Shown here in pieces: positions 39,734-51,150 of a DNA stretch of 64,000 nt (position 1 is its first letter; the number at the start of each line of letters is the position of its first letter). This DNA comes from Ignavibacteria bacterium. Lineage in GTDB: Bacteria > Bacteroidota > Ignavibacteria > UBA10030. Both the position numbers and the translations under genes were made by a program. The stretch spans positions 59,593 to 123,592 of the forward strand of contig VGVZ01000005.1 in NCBI GenBank assembly GCA_016873805.1. Reading direction: 5' to 3'. Under the pieces are notes generated by a model that was not told the origin of the DNA, searched no databases, and was given only the letters and a program-made list of their open reading frames with translations.

Positions 39734-40450
39734 ATGAATCCGACTGAAAAAAACCCGGGAGAGAACAACAACACGGCCAAAATGATGCAGCGATTGATCG
39801 AGGGACAGGAAGATTCATGGCGTATCTTCCGGATCATGGCCGAATTCGTCGATGGATTCACCATGATGGCGAAACAGGAAAATCTTGTTTCGATCTTCGG
39901 TTCCGCTCGCGTGAAGCCGGGCTCCAGGTACTACGACCTTGCGGTGCGCGTCGGAGAAGAACTGGTTAAGAGGGGATTCAATGTGCTCACTGGCGCTGGT
40001 CCGGGAATCATGGAGGCGGGCAACAGAGGCGCTCAGCGGGCGGGGGGAGCATCGGCGGGCGTGAACATCGACCTGCCCTTCGAGCAGGGAAGCAATCCCT
40101 ACGTTGATCGCGAACGGGTCGTGACGTTCCGACATTTCTTTGTCCGGAAGGTGATGTTTGTGAAGTATGCACACGGCTTCATCGTGCTGCCGGGCGGATT
40201 CGGAACTCTTGACGAGTTTTTCGAGGCTCTCACCCTGATTCAGACGAGGAAGACCAAAACGTTTCCGCTTGTTTTGATGGGACGGGAGTATTGGGCCGGA
40301 CTTATCGAATGGATCAAGGGAACGGTACTGGCAAGCGGGATGATCTCAGCCGACGACCTCGATCTTTTCTTCATCACGGACGACCCTGTTGAGGCCGCTG
40401 AAATGGTGGCGGAATTCTATCGGGAGCACGTAAGTGTGAAAAACTTCTAG
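39734..40450 (+). CDS. LOG family (TIGR00730) nucleotide phosphoribohydrolase
   Basis: SIFGSAR, TGAGPGIMEA, FFVRKVMF, PGGFGTLDE. Confidence 0.9.
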   Translation: MNPTEKNPGENNNTAKMMQRLIEGQEDSWRIFRIMAEFVDGFTMMAKQENLVSIFGSARVKPGSRYYDLAVRVGEELVKRGFNVLTGAGPGIMEAGNRGAQRAGGASAGVNIDLPFEQGSNPYVDRERVVTFRHFFVRKVMFVKYAHGFIVLPGGFGTLDEFFEALTLIQTRKTKTFPLVLMGREYWAGLIEWIKGTVLASGMISADDLDLFFITDDPVEAAEMVAEFYREHVSVKNF

Positions 40451-40459
40451 ATAATTCCC

Positions 40460-40530
40460 TTGCATCTCCCTAAGGGATGTCGTATATTTGTGTGCCGCAG
40501 TTGATAGCCCGCCTACGGGCTATTTTTTTT
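40460..40530 (+). promoter_or_regulatory. Promoter plus rimP-leader attenuator hairpin
   Basis: TTGCAT-N17-TATATT (40460-40488); ATAGCCCG-CCTA-CGGGCTAT followed by T tract (40504-40530). Confidence 0.75.
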
Positions 40531-40543
40531 GGAGGAATTTTGA

Positions 40544-40999
40544 TTGGTCGAAATTCAGCAGAAAATTGAAGAAGCGCTCGTTCCGATTCTGGCAACACGC
40601 GACGCCTACTGCGTCCACGTGCACGTTCACAACGAACGACGCGGGAAACTGGTGCAGGTCTACGTGGATACGGACGAGGGGATTACCATCGAGGCATGCG
40701 CCCAAATCAGTCGTGAACTGTCGTCGGTCATCAACGCGAACAGTCTGATCCACGGGACCTATCGGATCGAAGTCTCTTCTCCGGGGGTGGGACAACCCCT
40801 CAGATTGCTGCGGCAGTACCGAAAGCGGCTCGGCAAGAAAATGCGAATCAAACATCGAATTGAGGGTGAGGTTGTGGTAACCCGGGCGGTTCTCGAGGCT
40901 GTCCACGATGATCGTCTGAGCTTCATCGATGAAAAGAATAACCGACTCGTTCTGACGCAGTCGGAAATCCTGGAGGCGCGGGAAGAGCTTCCCTGGTAG
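40544..40999 (+). CDS. rimP: Ribosome maturation factor RimP
   Basis: VYVDTDEGITIEAC..ISR, YRIEVSSPGV; upstream of nusA. Confidence 0.9.
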   Translation: MVEIQQKIEEALVPILATRDAYCVHVHVHNERRGKLVQVYVDTDEGITIEACAQISRELSSVINANSLIHGTYRIEVSSPGVGQPLRLLRQYRKRLGKKMRIKHRIEGEVVVTRAVLEAVHDDRLSFIDEKNNRLVLTQSEILEAREELPW

Positions 41000-41052
41000 A
41001 TCGTGGCCGTCCCGGCCTGTCGCGGTTGAATGATATTTGTCTGGAGGAATCA

Positions 41053-42444
41053 ATGAATCACGAAATCACTGAATCATTCGCTCAAATGGTTCGTGAGAAG
41101 GGAATCGACAAAGATATTCTTATCGGAATCATCGAAGATATCTTTGGAATGATGGTACGGAAGCGGTATGGGGCCGAGGTCCGTTTTGATGTGGTCGTGA
41201 ATATGGACAAGGGGGACATCGAAATCTACCTCGAAAAGGAGGTGGTGGATGAGGTGACGGACCCGACGACGCAAATTCATATCGACGAGGCGCGGCAAAA
41301 ATCCGATGAAGATATTGAGGTTGGTGAAGAATTTGTGGAAATCATCCCCCTTCAGGCGTTTGGTCGGCGGCTTGTCGTGAGCGCGAAACAGAATCTCAAT
41401 CAACGTATCAAAGAGATTGAGAAAGAAACCATCTACAACGAATACACAAGTTCCTTGAACGAAATTGTTGTCGGCGAAGTCTATCAGATTCGAAAGGGGC
41501 GAGGCGAAATCCTCGTCATGCACAACCGAACTGAGATCATTCTTCCCCGGAGCGAGCAGATCTACAAGGAGCGGTACAAGAAGGGGGATACCATCCGCGC
41601 GCTCGTGAAGGAGGTCCGCAAGGGGACGAGCAATCCTGTTGTTGTGATCTCGCGGACAGACCCGACGTTTCTCCTGCGCCTCTTTGAAATCGAGATTCCG
41701 GAGATCTATGATGGGATCATCGAGATCAAGCGGATCGCGCGTGAACCGGGTGACCGGGCAAAAGTGGCGGTGGTTTCCCATGATGATCGGATCGACGCGG
41801 TCGGAGCCTGTGTCGGGATGAAGGGCGTGCGCATCCATGCCATCGTTCGCGAGTTAAACAACGAAAACATCGACGTGATCAACTACTCCGACGATCCGGT
41901 TGTATTTGTGACTCGCTCCCTGGCCCCGGCAAAACTGAAGAACGTTCAGATTGACAGTGAAAACAAGAAGGCCACTGTCCTGGTGGAGGCCGATCAAGTT
42001 TCCCTCGCCATTGGGAAGAATGGACAGAACGTCCGGCTCGCATCGAAACTCACGGGATATGATATTCAGCTCGTGAAGGAAGCGGCAGAGGAAGAAGAAT
42101 ACGATATGGATCTCTCGGAATTCCGCGAGGAGCTCGGAGAGGTGCTGTTCCATCGATTCTTTGACGAGAACTTCAAGACCGCCCGGGATGTGCTCGATAC
42201 GCCCGTCGAGACTCTTGTCTCGGAACTGGGAATCGAAGAAAGCCAGCTTCAGGAAATCCGGGCGATGCTGAGAAAGGGATTGGAGGAGGCTGAAGTCGAA
42301 GAGGAAGAAGAGGGCACACCCGAAGGCGAGCCGGCAGACGAACCGGTCGCCGAGGCTCCTGCCTCAGAACGCCTTGAGGAGGAAACGACAGACTCCCCCG
42401 AAGTCGAACCGGCAGAAGATGAAAAGAAAGAAATCACTGAGTAG
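41053..42444 (+). CDS. nusA: Transcription factor NusA
   Basis: EIPEIYDG, AREPGDRAKVAV, GACVGMKG, AIGKNGQNVRLA; acidic C-terminal tail. Confidence 0.96.
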   Translation: MNHEITESFAQMVREKGIDKDILIGIIEDIFGMMVRKRYGAEVRFDVVVNMDKGDIEIYLEKEVVDEVTDPTTQIHIDEARQKSDEDIEVGEEFVEIIPLQAFGRRLVVSAKQNLNQRIKEIEKETIYNEYTSSLNEIVVGEVYQIRKGRGEILVMHNRTEIILPRSEQIYKERYKKGDTIRALVKEVRKGTSNPVVVISRTDPTFLLRLFEIEIPEIYDGIIEIKRIAREPGDRAKVAVVSHDDRIDAVGACVGMKGVRIHAIVRELNNENIDVINYSDDPVVFVTRSLAPAKLKNVQIDSENKKATVLVEADQVSLAIGKNGQNVRLASKLTGYDIQLVKEAAEEEEYDMDLSEFREELGEVLFHRFFDENFKTARDVLDTPVETLVSELGIEESQLQEIRAMLRKGLEEAEVEEEEEGTPEGEPADEPVAEAPASERLEEETTDSPEVEPAEDEKKEITE

Positions 42445-42467
42445 GCGATCCTAACCCGTAGGACTCT

Positions 42468-45173
42468 ATGGCAGACGCAGCCATCAAGAAAGTCAAAATC
42501 TACAAGCTCGCGACAGAGCTTAATCTCTCGAGTGAGACGATCATTGAGTTCCTTCGAAAGAAGGGATTCGAGGTGAAGAGTCACATGACCGTCGTCACGG
42601 AAGAAATGATGCAGCTCTTGATGGCTCATTTCAAGAAGGAAAAGGACAGCGCGGAACGGCATCAGCGGAAAGTCCGCGAATTTCGGTCAAGCCGAAAGAA
42701 GGAAACAGCTGGAAAGGACGAGAAGGGAGAGATCGAAGAGATCCCCGTTCGCGAAGTGGCTGCCGAAGCCGTAGTCAAAGAGCCATTAGATCGTGCCGAA
42801 GTACTCGAGCCATCGACGACATCGGACACCGCGATCGCTGAAGGGGAAATGCCCGCGGTCGCAGAGGGCGCAATCATGGGTGAATCTGAGGATACCGAGA
42901 TCGCCGTCGCCGGCGAGGTGACAGCAAGAGACTCCGGCATCGAACCAGAAGCCACCATCGCAGGTCGCACCGACGCCGCGCCGAAAAAGACCGGCGCTCG
43001 AGAAGCTGCGCCGAAAGAACCAAAGCCGAAGGGAAAGCGGTCGGAGAGTCCGTTGGAGAAGGCCGTGTCGAGGGCACCGCGCGGCCTCAAGATCAAGGGA
43101 AAGCTCGATCTGCAGAAAACTACGGAAGAGACCCCTGGAGAGCCTGAAGAGAAGAAGAAGAAGAAGAAGAAGAAGAAGGTTGTCGAGGACTCCCGAAAAC
43201 AGAAGCCGGATGTGGCCGCTCCGGAAGAGACACAACGCACGCGAAAGCGCAAGAAATCCAGGCACGCGGAGGTCGACGAGGCCGAGGTCGAGCGGGCGAT
43301 TCGAACGACTCTCGCCGGGATCGGTGACGAAAGTGCGGCCACACGAGCATCCCATCGAAAAAAGAAGCGGCTTGAGAGAGCTTTCGAGGAGCAGCGGATT
43401 CAGGAGGAGCTCGAGCGGGAGAAGACCATAGTCCGGGTGACGGAATTTGTGAGCGTGGGAGAGCTCGCCAACCTCATGCGGGTCTCTGTAGCCGAGGTCA
43501 TCCAGAAGTGCATGGCGCTGGGCATGATGGTCTCGATCAATCAGCGTCTCGATCGTGATACCATCACGCTCGTTTCGGATGAGTTTGGATATCAGGTGAA
43601 TTTTGAGCAGGAGTTTGCGCCGGAAATCCTCGATGATCACACCGACGATGAACAGAGTCTACAGCCCCGGCCTCCGGTGGTAACAATCATGGGGCACGTC
43701 GATCACGGAAAGACTTCTCTCCTTGACTATATTCGCCAGTCCAATGTTGTTGCGGGTGAATCGGGAGGCATCACGCAACATATCGGCGCGTACGAAGTTA
43801 CACTGGATGACGGCAAGCAGATCACATTTCTCGATACGCCGGGTCACGAGGCGTTCACAGCAATGAGGGCACGAGGAGCACAGGTCACCGATCTCGTTGT
43901 CCTGGTCGTGGCGTCCGATGATAACGTGATGCCGCAAACGGTCGAAGCGATCAGCCATGCTCAGGCGGCGTCGGTTTCCATTATCATTGCGATGAACAAA
44001 ATCGATCGGGCCGATTCGAACCCCGAACGGATTCGTCAGCAGCTTTCCGAAAAGGGAGTGTTGGTCGAAGAGTGGGGAGGGAAATACCAGTCGGTCGAAC
44101 TCTCCGCAAAGACGGGCCTGAACGTCGATCAGCTTCTTGAGAAGATCCTCCTCGAAGCGGAGATTCTGAACTTGAGGGCCAATCCGATTCGGCCGGCCCG
44201 GGGTATCGTGATCGAAGCAGAACTTGACAAAGGAAAAGGAATCGTCGTTTCCGTACTCGTTCAGAAGGGAACGCTGCGCACGGGAGATGGTTTCGTCTGC
44301 GGAATGTTCAGCGGACGCGTCCGTGCGATGTTCGACGAACGCGGCAATCGGATCGAGGCGGCAAAGCCCTCTCAGCCGGTCCAGGTGATCGGGTTCGACG
44401 GCATTCCTCAGGCGGGTGACGTTCTTGTGGTGATGTCCGACGAGCGTGACGCTCGTGATATCAGTTTGAAGCGGCAGCAGCTGAAGCGAGAGCAGGATTT
44501 TCGCCAGCGTCGGTTGATCACGCTGGACGATATCTCGAGTCGCATTAAAGAGGGTCAGCTCCGCGAACTTCCGGTCATCGTCAAGGGGGATGTCGACGGA
44601 TCCGTGGAGGCACTGTCGGATTCGCTGATGAGATTGTCGACTGCCGAAGTGGGAGTAGTGGTCGTACACAAGGGCGTTGGCGGCATTTCGGAATCGGATG
44701 TGCTCCTCGCAGCGGCGTCCGGCGCGGTGATCATTGGCTTCCACGTCCGCCCGAATCTTAATGCGCGGCGGTTGGCAGAACAGGAAAGTGTGGATATCCG
44801 TCTGTACGACATCATCTATGATGCCATCAATGAAATCCGAAGCGCACTGGAAGGTATGCTGGCGCCGTCGGTGTCGGAAGAAATTCTCTCCACCGTAGAG
44901 GTGCGAGAAGTGTTCAAGATGTCGCGTGTCGGCACTATCGCGGGTTGTTATGTGAAGGACGGGAAGATCGTGCGCAATGCGAAAGTGCGACTCATTCGGG
45001 ATGGACTTGTGGTATTTACAGGTTCGATCGGATCGCTTCGACGATTCAAGGATGATGTGCGCGAAGTGGACCAGGGATTTGAGTGCGGTATCACTCTGGA
45101 TGGATTCAATGATATCAAATTGGGGGATATCATCGAAACCTTCAAGATGGTCGAGACAAAGCGAAAGTTGTAA
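42468..45173 (+). CDS. infB: Translation initiation factor IF-2
   Basis: [34 protein letters not shown]. Confidence 0.97.
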   Translation: MADAAIKKVKIYKLATELNLSSETIIEFLRKKGFEVKSHMTVVTEEMMQLLMAHFKKEKDSAERHQRKVREFRSSRKKETAGKDEKGEIEEIPVREVAAEAVVKEPLDRAEVLEPSTTSDTAIAEGEMPAVAEGAIMGESEDTEIAVAGEVTARDSGIEPEATIAGRTDAAPKKTGAREAAPKEPKPKGKRSESPLEKAVSRAPRGLKIKGKLDLQKTTEETPGEPEEKKKKKKKKKVVEDSRKQKPDVAAPEETQRTRKRKKSRHAEVDEAEVERAIRTTLAGIGDESAATRASHRKKKRLERAFEEQRIQEELEREKTIVRVTEFVSVGELANLMRVSVAEVIQKCMALGMMVSINQRLDRDTITLVSDEFGYQVNFEQEFAPEILDDHTDDEQSLQPRPPVVTIMGHVDHGKTSLLDYIRQSNVVAGESGGITQHIGAYEVTLDDGKQITFLDTPGHEAFTAMRARGAQVTDLVVLVVASDDNVMPQTVEAISHAQAASVSIIIAMNKIDRADSNPERIRQQLSEKGVLVEEWGGKYQSVELSAKTGLNVDQLLEKILLEAEILNLRANPIRPARGIVIEAELDKGKGIVVSVLVQKGTLRTGDGFVCGMFSGRVRAMFDERGNRIEAAKPSQPVQVIGFDGIPQAGDVLVVMSDERDARDISLKRQQLKREQDFRQRRLITLDDISSRIKEGQLRELPVIVKGDVDGSVEALSDSLMRLSTAEVGVVVVHKGVGGISESDVLLAAASGAVIIGFHVRPNLNARRLAEQESVDIRLYDIIYDAINEIRSALEGMLAPSVSEEILSTVEVREVFKMSRVGTIAGCYVKDGKIVRNAKVRLIRDGLVVFTGSIGSLRRFKDDVREVDQGFECGITLDGFNDIKLGDIIETFKMVETKRKL
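43152..43178 (+). repeat. (AAG)9 in-frame microsatellite encoding poly-Lys in IF-2
   Basis: Nine consecutive AAG codons. Confidence 0.9.
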
Positions 45174-45182
45174 GAGGAGACG

Positions 45183-45548
45183 ATGTCGATTCGAACCGAC
45201 AAAGTGGCGTCGCTCGTGAAGCACGAGGTGAGCAGCGTCCTCCAGAGAAACTTCAGCATGGAGGAGTATGGATTCATCACTGTTACCGAAGTTCGGATGA
45301 GTCCCGATTTGAAAATCGCGAAGATCTATGTGAGCATTTTTGGGGATGTGACGAAAAAAGAAGGGACACTCAAAATGCTGGAGGAACAGCGACACTTCAT
45401 TCGCGGTGAATTGGGACACAACGTTCGACTGAAGTATACGCCGACCATTCAGTTCTACCTTGACGAGACGCTGGATCACGCGATGAACATCGAGCAAATC
45501 CTCCACCAGATTCAAAAAGAATCCCCGAGAGATTCTAAGGATGAGTAG
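45183..45548 (+). CDS. rbfA: Ribosome-binding factor A
   Basis: ITVTEVRMSPDLKIAKIYVS, LKYTP.I.F..D; synteny. Confidence 0.95.
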   Translation: MSIRTDKVASLVKHEVSSVLQRNFSMEEYGFITVTEVRMSPDLKIAKIYVSIFGDVTKKEGTLKMLEEQRHFIRGELGHNVRLKYTPTIQFYLDETLDHAMNIEQILHQIQKESPRDSKDE

Positions 45549-45550
45549 GC

Positions 45551-46270
45551 ATGTCAGAGACATCCGTGAAATTGCAGGATCTCGATTTCAACGGCGATGG
45601 GGAAACGTTGTTTGTGGATAAGCCTCTGGATTGGTCCTCGTTTGATGTTGTTCGGTATCTCAAGAAACGGTACGATATCAGGAAAATCGGACACGCCGGT
45701 ACGTTGGATCCGAACGCGACAGGTCTCCTCATCATCTGCACGGGTCGAAAAACGAAGGCCCTGCAGTCGTACGTGGGACTCGAGAAAGAGTACACAGGTG
45801 TGATGGAGCTCGGCGTGCGAACCGACACCTTCGACTCAGAAGGAGTGGTTGTAGAGCGGAAGACGCTGGACGATGTCACCGACCAACGAATCCGTGATGT
45901 GCAATCGCTCTTCATCGGGAGGCAGTTGCAGGTTCCGCCGATGTTCTCGGCTGCGAAGTTCAAGGGAAAGCCGCTCTACAAATTGGCCCGTCGGGGCCGC
46001 ACCGTTGAGCGGGAGGCCCGGGAGATCGAGATTGCGGAATTCGAAATCCTTGACATCAGCTTGCCGATGATCACGTTCCGCGTGGTGTGTTCGAAGGGAA
46101 CGTATATTCGGGCGCTGGTTGAGGACTTTGGCATCACCCTCGGGTGTGGGGCAACGCTGCGAGAGCTGAGGAGGACGCGCATCGGTACATATCATGTGTC
46201 CAAGGCGGTTTCCATCGCCGGTGTGCGCGGTGATCCGGAGGCAATGCTCGAAGGGATCGAGCGGCAATGA
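45551..46270 (+). CDS. truB: tRNA pseudouridine(55) synthase
   Basis: KIGHAGTLDP.ATG, QVPPMFSA, CSKGTYIRAL, LRRTRIG. Confidence 0.95.
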   Translation: MSETSVKLQDLDFNGDGETLFVDKPLDWSSFDVVRYLKKRYDIRKIGHAGTLDPNATGLLIICTGRKTKALQSYVGLEKEYTGVMELGVRTDTFDSEGVVVERKTLDDVTDQRIRDVQSLFIGRQLQVPPMFSAAKFKGKPLYKLARRGRTVEREAREIEIAEFEILDISLPMITFRVVCSKGTYIRALVEDFGITLGCGATLRELRRTRIGTYHVSKAVSIAGVRGDPEAMLEGIERQ

Positions 46271-47211
46271 AGGTTGTTCACGATCTGTCTCAGACAGGGT
46301 ACGAGAAGAACACAGTGGTCACCGTTGGTACGTTTGACGGTGTTCACCGGGGCCATGAGTTGATCATTCGCGAGACCGTGGATCGGGCGCGCCGTCGAGG
46401 CGGCCGCAGTGTCGTGGTGACATTCGATCCGCATCCTCGCAAAATCATCCGTCGTCAAGGGGAGAGTGTACAACTTCTGTCGAGCCTGACGGAGCGCTCG
46501 GAGTTCTGTCGTGACCTTCATGTCGATGTGTTCTATGTGATCGAATTCACGTTCGAATTCTCACGTCAGAATTTCCGTGATTTCTATCTACGGTACGTGA
46601 TCAACGGGATTGGGGTCAGCGAAGTGGTTGAAGGGTACGATCATCACTTCGGTCGTGATCGCGAAGGAAATATCGAGACGCTTGTTCAGCTTGGAGGGGA
46701 ATTCGATTTCAGCGTGCATGCGATCCAGCCGGTGTGTGTCGACAATGTGCCGGTGAGCAGTTCGGCTATCCGAACCACCCTTCTCGAAGGAAATGTCGCA
46801 CTCGCCGCTCGGTTGCTTGGACAACCGTATCGGCTGGCCGGCAGGGTGGTGCCGGGAGACGGACGCGGCAAAGATCTCGGGTATCCGACGGCCAACCTGG
46901 CGCTCGAGTTCGCCGAGCGGCTCGTTCCACGAAACGGTATCTACTTCGTCGAAGTTATCCGAGGTTCGGAGCGTCATTTTGGGATGGCCAGCATCGGGGT
47001 ACGACCAACCTTCAATACAAACGGCACGCGCACCATTGAGGTGAACATCCTCGATTTCGCGGCGGATGTTTATGGCGAGTTACTGGAACTGAAATTCATC
47101 GAGCGTCTGCGGGATGAATTGAAGTATGAACGTGTCGAAGATCTCGTGAACCAGATGCGCAAAGACCGAGAAGAAAGTCTGCGACTTCGCTCGATGATGA
47201 GCAAGTCTTAA
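46267..47211 (+). CDS. ribF: Bifunctional riboflavin kinase/FAD synthetase
   Basis: [37 protein letters not shown]. Confidence 0.95.
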   Translation: MKVVHDLSQTGYEKNTVVTVGTFDGVHRGHELIIRETVDRARRRGGRSVVVTFDPHPRKIIRRQGESVQLLSSLTERSEFCRDLHVDVFYVIEFTFEFSRQNFRDFYLRYVINGIGVSEVVEGYDHHFGRDREGNIETLVQLGGEFDFSVHAIQPVCVDNVPVSSSAIRTTLLEGNVALAARLLGQPYRLAGRVVPGDGRGKDLGYPTANLALEFAERLVPRNGIYFVEVIRGSERHFGMASIGVRPTFNTNGTRTIEVNILDFAADVYGELLELKFIERLRDELKYERVEDLVNQMRKDREESLRLRSMMSKS

Positions 47212-47266
47212 CTGGGAACGTAGGGTTGTCCACAATGTGTCATATCATTTTATCGCAGGAGCAATA

Positions 47267-47536
47267 ATGCCAATTACGAAGGAACAGAAATCGGAATTGA
47301 TCAAGAAGTACGGTAAGAAGGCGAACGACTCGGGATCCCCCGAGGTGCAAATCGCGCTCTTGACTGCGCACATCAATTCGATGACACCGCATTTTGAGAG
47401 CCATAAGAAAGATCATCATGGGAGACTCGGATTGCTCAAACTCGTGGGCAAGCGTCGTCGCTTGCTCGACTATCTCATGCGCAAAGACATTGCCCGGTAT
47501 CGCAAGATCATCGCCGAGCTGGAAATTCGAAAGTAA
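47267..47536 (+). CDS. rpsO: 30S ribosomal protein S15
   Basis: [30 protein letters not shown]. Confidence 0.97.
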   Translation: MPITKEQKSELIKKYGKKANDSGSPEVQIALLTAHINSMTPHFESHKKDHHGRLGLLKLVGKRRRLLDYLMRKDIARYRKIIAELEIRK

Positions 47537-47592
47537 TAGAACCTCTACCCGGACGGCGAATGGCCGTCCCATTCAACAGATTGGAACTAGAA

Positions 47593-49767
47593 ATGAAAGT
47601 ATCAACAGAAGTCACGTTGGGCGGCAAGATGTTCACCTACGAGACGGGCCAATTCGCAAAACAGGCTGACGGCTCCGTCATGGTGCGATATGCAGATACA
47701 ATGGTGCTGGCCACAGTGGTGAGTATGAGGGAACCTGACGAAGAACGGGATTTCTTCCCGTTGCAGGTGGAATTCAGAGAGAAGACTTCGGCAGCAGGAA
47801 AGATCCCTGGCGGCTTCTTCAAACGAGAAGGAAGACCCACCGAAAAGGAAATCCTGTCGTCGCGGCTCATCGATCGGCCCATCCGACCGATGTTTCCCGA
47901 AGGATACCGGAACGAGACACAGATTCTTGTCACCGTGTATTCATCAGATATGCAGCACGATGGAGACGTCCTCGGCGCATGCGCGGCATCAGCGGCGCTG
48001 ATGGTGTCCGACATTCCTTTTGACGGTCCGATTGCCGAGGTCCGCGTGGGACGCATCAACGGACAGTTTCTCATCAATCCGACCCATGAGCAGCTCAATC
48101 AGAGCGACTGCGACATCACGGTGGCAGGCACGATGGATTCGATCGTGATGGTCGAGGGCGGATCGCTGGAACTGACTGAATCAGAAGTGCTCGATGCGCT
48201 CAAATTCGCGCACGAGGAAATTCGAAATCTCTGCAAGGGACAGGTTGAGCTGGCGAAGATCGTCCGAAAGGAAAAGCGGGAGATCATGATCCCTGAGATT
48301 CCCTCAGGACTCGAAGATGAAGTGCGATCGCTGACCGGATCTCGCCTGAAAGAACTGAGCCAGACCGTATTGACGAAGGAGGAACGAAATTCCGCAACAC
48401 GGAAAGTGTACGAAGAAATCCAGACTGCTCTGGCGGAAAAGTATCCGGAGAAGCAAAAGGTTATTGAGAATGCGATCCATGAGATCGAAAAGGACGCGAT
48501 GCGATCGATGATCCTTGATCAGGGAAAACGACTGGATGGTCGAAGCCTGACCGATATCCGTTCGATCTTCTGCGAGACCGGCTTGTTGCCGCGGACCCAC
48601 GGATCGTCGCTCTTCACACGCGGTGAAACCCAGAGTCTCACGACGGCAACGCTGGGGACCAAGATGGATGAACAGATTCTGGACGGGCTGATTCCTGATG
48701 CGACCAAGAGGTTTATGCTCCATTACAACTTCCCCCCCTTCAGTGTGGGAGAGGTGGGGAGAGTGGGTTCGCCGGGACGTCGAGAAATCGGTCACGGTAA
48801 TCTTGCGGAGCGAGCGCTTGTGGAGATGACCCCGGCGGAAAGTGAATTTCCGTACACGATCCGCATCGTTTCCGATATCCTCGAGTCGAACGGATCGTCT
48901 TCGATGGCGACGGTGTGTGCGGGAAGCTTGGCTCTGTTCGATGCCGGAGTCCCCATGAAGAAAGCGGTGGCAGGCATCGCGATGGGCCTCGTAAAAGAGG
49001 GAGACCGGGTGGCAATCCTGAGCGACATCCTTGGCAACGAAGATCATCTCGGTGACATGGATTTCAAAGTCGCCGGCACCAGAGATGGCATTACGGCGTT
49101 CCAGATGGACATCAAGATCAAAGGGATCTCGTTCGCAGTCATGGAGCAGGCGTTGGCCCAGGCAAAGGAGGGCCGAATGAAGATCCTTGAAATCATGGAT
49201 GCAACTATCCCGGAACCGCGGCAGGTGCTTTCTCCGTATGCTCCGCGTCTGCAGACCATAAGAATTCCCGTCGACATGATCGGACTGCTGATCGGTCCTG
49301 GCGGGAAGAATATCCGGCAACTCGTGAAGGACACGGGGGCCGAGATTAATGTCGAAGATGACGGAACGGTCACCATTGCGGCGGTCGGGGACGAGTCGGC
49401 CCAGAAGGCGATCGCCGCGATCGAGCGCTTGACAGAACTTCCCGAGGTGGGGAAGACCTATCTCGCGACGGTCAAGCGGATCATGGATTTCGGGGCCTTC
49501 GTGGAAATTCTTCCGGGAAAAGAAGGTCTCGTGCACATCTCACAGCTTGACGTCAATCGTGTCGCCAAGGTGGATGACATCGTGAAGTTGGGAGATCAAA
49601 TTGAGGTGAAGCTCATGAAGATCGACGAAGAGGGAAGGTTGAACCTTAGCCGCAAGGCACTTCTGGCCGGTGGTGAGAATGCCGAGGAGGAAATGAATCG
49701 TCCCCGTGAACGTCGTCCCCGTCGCGACGGACGCGGCGGCAGAGATTCCCGACCACGGCGACACTAG
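47593..49767 (+). CDS. pnp: Polyribonucleotide nucleotidyltransferase
   Basis: GKIPGGFFKREG, FTRGETQ, RREIGHG, ESNGSSSMA, GDMDFKVAG; KH and S1 domains. Confidence 0.97.
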   Translation: MKVSTEVTLGGKMFTYETGQFAKQADGSVMVRYADTMVLATVVSMREPDEERDFFPLQVEFREKTSAAGKIPGGFFKREGRPTEKEILSSRLIDRPIRPMFPEGYRNETQILVTVYSSDMQHDGDVLGACAASAALMVSDIPFDGPIAEVRVGRINGQFLINPTHEQLNQSDCDITVAGTMDSIVMVEGGSLELTESEVLDALKFAHEEIRNLCKGQVELAKIVRKEKREIMIPEIPSGLEDEVRSLTGSRLKELSQTVLTKEERNSATRKVYEEIQTALAEKYPEKQKVIENAIHEIEKDAMRSMILDQGKRLDGRSLTDIRSIFCETGLLPRTHGSSLFTRGETQSLTTATLGTKMDEQILDGLIPDATKRFMLHYNFPPFSVGEVGRVGSPGRREIGHGNLAERALVEMTPAESEFPYTIRIVSDILESNGSSSMATVCAGSLALFDAGVPMKKAVAGIAMGLVKEGDRVAILSDILGNEDHLGDMDFKVAGTRDGITAFQMDIKIKGISFAVMEQALAQAKEGRMKILEIMDATIPEPRQVLSPYAPRLQTIRIPVDMIGLLIGPGGKNIRQLVKDTGAEINVEDDGTVTIAAVGDESAQKAIAAIERLTELPEVGKTYLATVKRIMDFGAFVEILPGKEGLVHISQLDVNRVAKVDDIVKLGDQIEVKLMKIDEEGRLNLSRKALLAGGENAEEEMNRPRERRPRRDGRGGRDSRPRRH

Positions 49768-49791
49768 TCACGACTCGTTTACGCATGTTGC

Positions 49792-49840
49792 AATCCTCAC
49801 ACCGGGTACGACGAAGGTCCCGCTGTGGGGATTTCTTCTT
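49792..49840 (+). terminator. Terminator-like hairpin after pnp
   Basis: AATCCTCACA / TGTGGGGATT outer stem, CGGG/CCCG inner stem, T-rich tail. Confidence 0.5.
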
Positions 49841-49859
49841 CTGACAGATCGCGAATTCC

Positions 49860-51125
49860 ATGAGCACTGTTCTGACTCCCCGGATTCCCGGCGATAAATC
49901 CATTTCGCATCGTGCATTGATTGTCGGAGCGATATCCGAGGGATTGTCCACTGTTGAAGGGCTTCTTTTCGCGGAAGATCCGAAGAGTACGTTGGGATGT
50001 CTTCGCGCAATGGGCTGTGAGGCGGAGTGGAAGGGAAGTCTCCTCCACATCCAAGGACACGGCTTGCGGGGATTCCACCAGCCAACGCAGATGCTGGATG
50101 CCGGCAATTCCGGTACCACCATTCGGTTGCTCAGCGGCGTGCTTGCCGGACAACGCTTTCCAACGGTCATATCCGGTGACGAATCTCTCCGTCAACGGCC
50201 GATGATGCGAATCGTGCGACCGCTTGTTGAGATGGGAGCATCGATCAGTGCCAGCGATGGTCGACCGCCACTCACCATACAACCGTCGCCGGACCTGCGA
50301 TCCATCACGTATGAACTTCCTATTCCGAGTGCCCAGGTGAAGTCTGCCGTGTTGTTGGCCGGACTCTACGCGGAGGGAACCACACGGATCATTGAAATCA
50401 TTCGAACGCGCGATCATACGGAGAGGATTCTCGGCCTCTCCACGAAGCTCATCGACGGTACACATGTTACCGCGATTCAGGGAGGGACGATCCGCCATGG
50501 TCAGCGCTTTGTGATACCCGGTGACATCTCCTCGGCAGTCTTCTTCGTTGCGGCAGCTCTCCTGACTCCAGGAGCGGAAGTGATTCTTCGGAACATCGGT
50601 ATCAATCCCACACGAATGAGGGGTATCGATATCCTCAGGAGTGTCGGTGCGGCGATCGACATTCAGCCGGAAGCGGAACATGCGGGGGAGCCGATCGGGA
50701 CAATTGTGGCACAATACTCATCCCTCGCTGGAGAAATCCGTCTGGGCAGGAGCGATGTGATCGGGATGATAGACGAAATTCCCATCGTGGCTGCACTCGC
50801 TGCGGCGGTCGGTATTTCGTTCGAAGTGAGAGGAGCGGCCGAACTGCGCGTGAAAGAATCGGACAGAATCAGCGCGATGGTCGACAATCTTCGAGCTCTC
50901 GGCGTGGATGTCGAGGAGTACGACGATGGTTTTGCCTTCGGGGCAGGGAAGAGGTTGCAGGGCGGCCTCGTTCGATCGAGAGGGGATCACCGAATTGCGA
51001 TGGCCTTCGGGGTGATGGATCTGACAATCAAGAGACTCGAAATTGATGATCCGAATTGCGTCGATATCTCATTTCCAGGATTCTGGAAAGAGCTTGAACA
51101 ATTTTCCCGGCTGCATGATCCGTAA
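49860..51125 (+). CDS. aroA: 3-phosphoshikimate 1-carboxyvinyltransferase
   Basis: PGDKSISHR, DAGNSGTT, SAQVKSA, RDHTER, ELRVKESDRI, DHRIAM. Confidence 0.95.
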   Translation: MSTVLTPRIPGDKSISHRALIVGAISEGLSTVEGLLFAEDPKSTLGCLRAMGCEAEWKGSLLHIQGHGLRGFHQPTQMLDAGNSGTTIRLLSGVLAGQRFPTVISGDESLRQRPMMRIVRPLVEMGASISASDGRPPLTIQPSPDLRSITYELPIPSAQVKSAVLLAGLYAEGTTRIIEIIRTRDHTERILGLSTKLIDGTHVTAIQGGTIRHGQRFVIPGDISSAVFFVAAALLTPGAEVILRNIGINPTRMRGIDILRSVGAAIDIQPEAEHAGEPIGTIVAQYSSLAGEIRLGRSDVIGMIDEIPIVAALAAAVGISFEVRGAAELRVKESDRISAMVDNLRALGVDVEEYDDGFAFGAGKRLQGGLVRSRGDHRIAMAFGVMDLTIKRLEIDDPNCVDISFPGFWKELEQFSRLHDP

Positions 51126-51150
51126 GAACGACGGAATTCGTGGTGCGAAG

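Noticed and set aside
40504-40530. Novel attenuator before rimP
   Set aside because: Matches the already described rimP-leader type hairpin, so it is listed as a feature only.
43659-45563. 634-aa ORF antisense to infB/rbfA
   Set aside because: Shadow ORF arising from codon bias on a conserved gene; no recognisable motifs.
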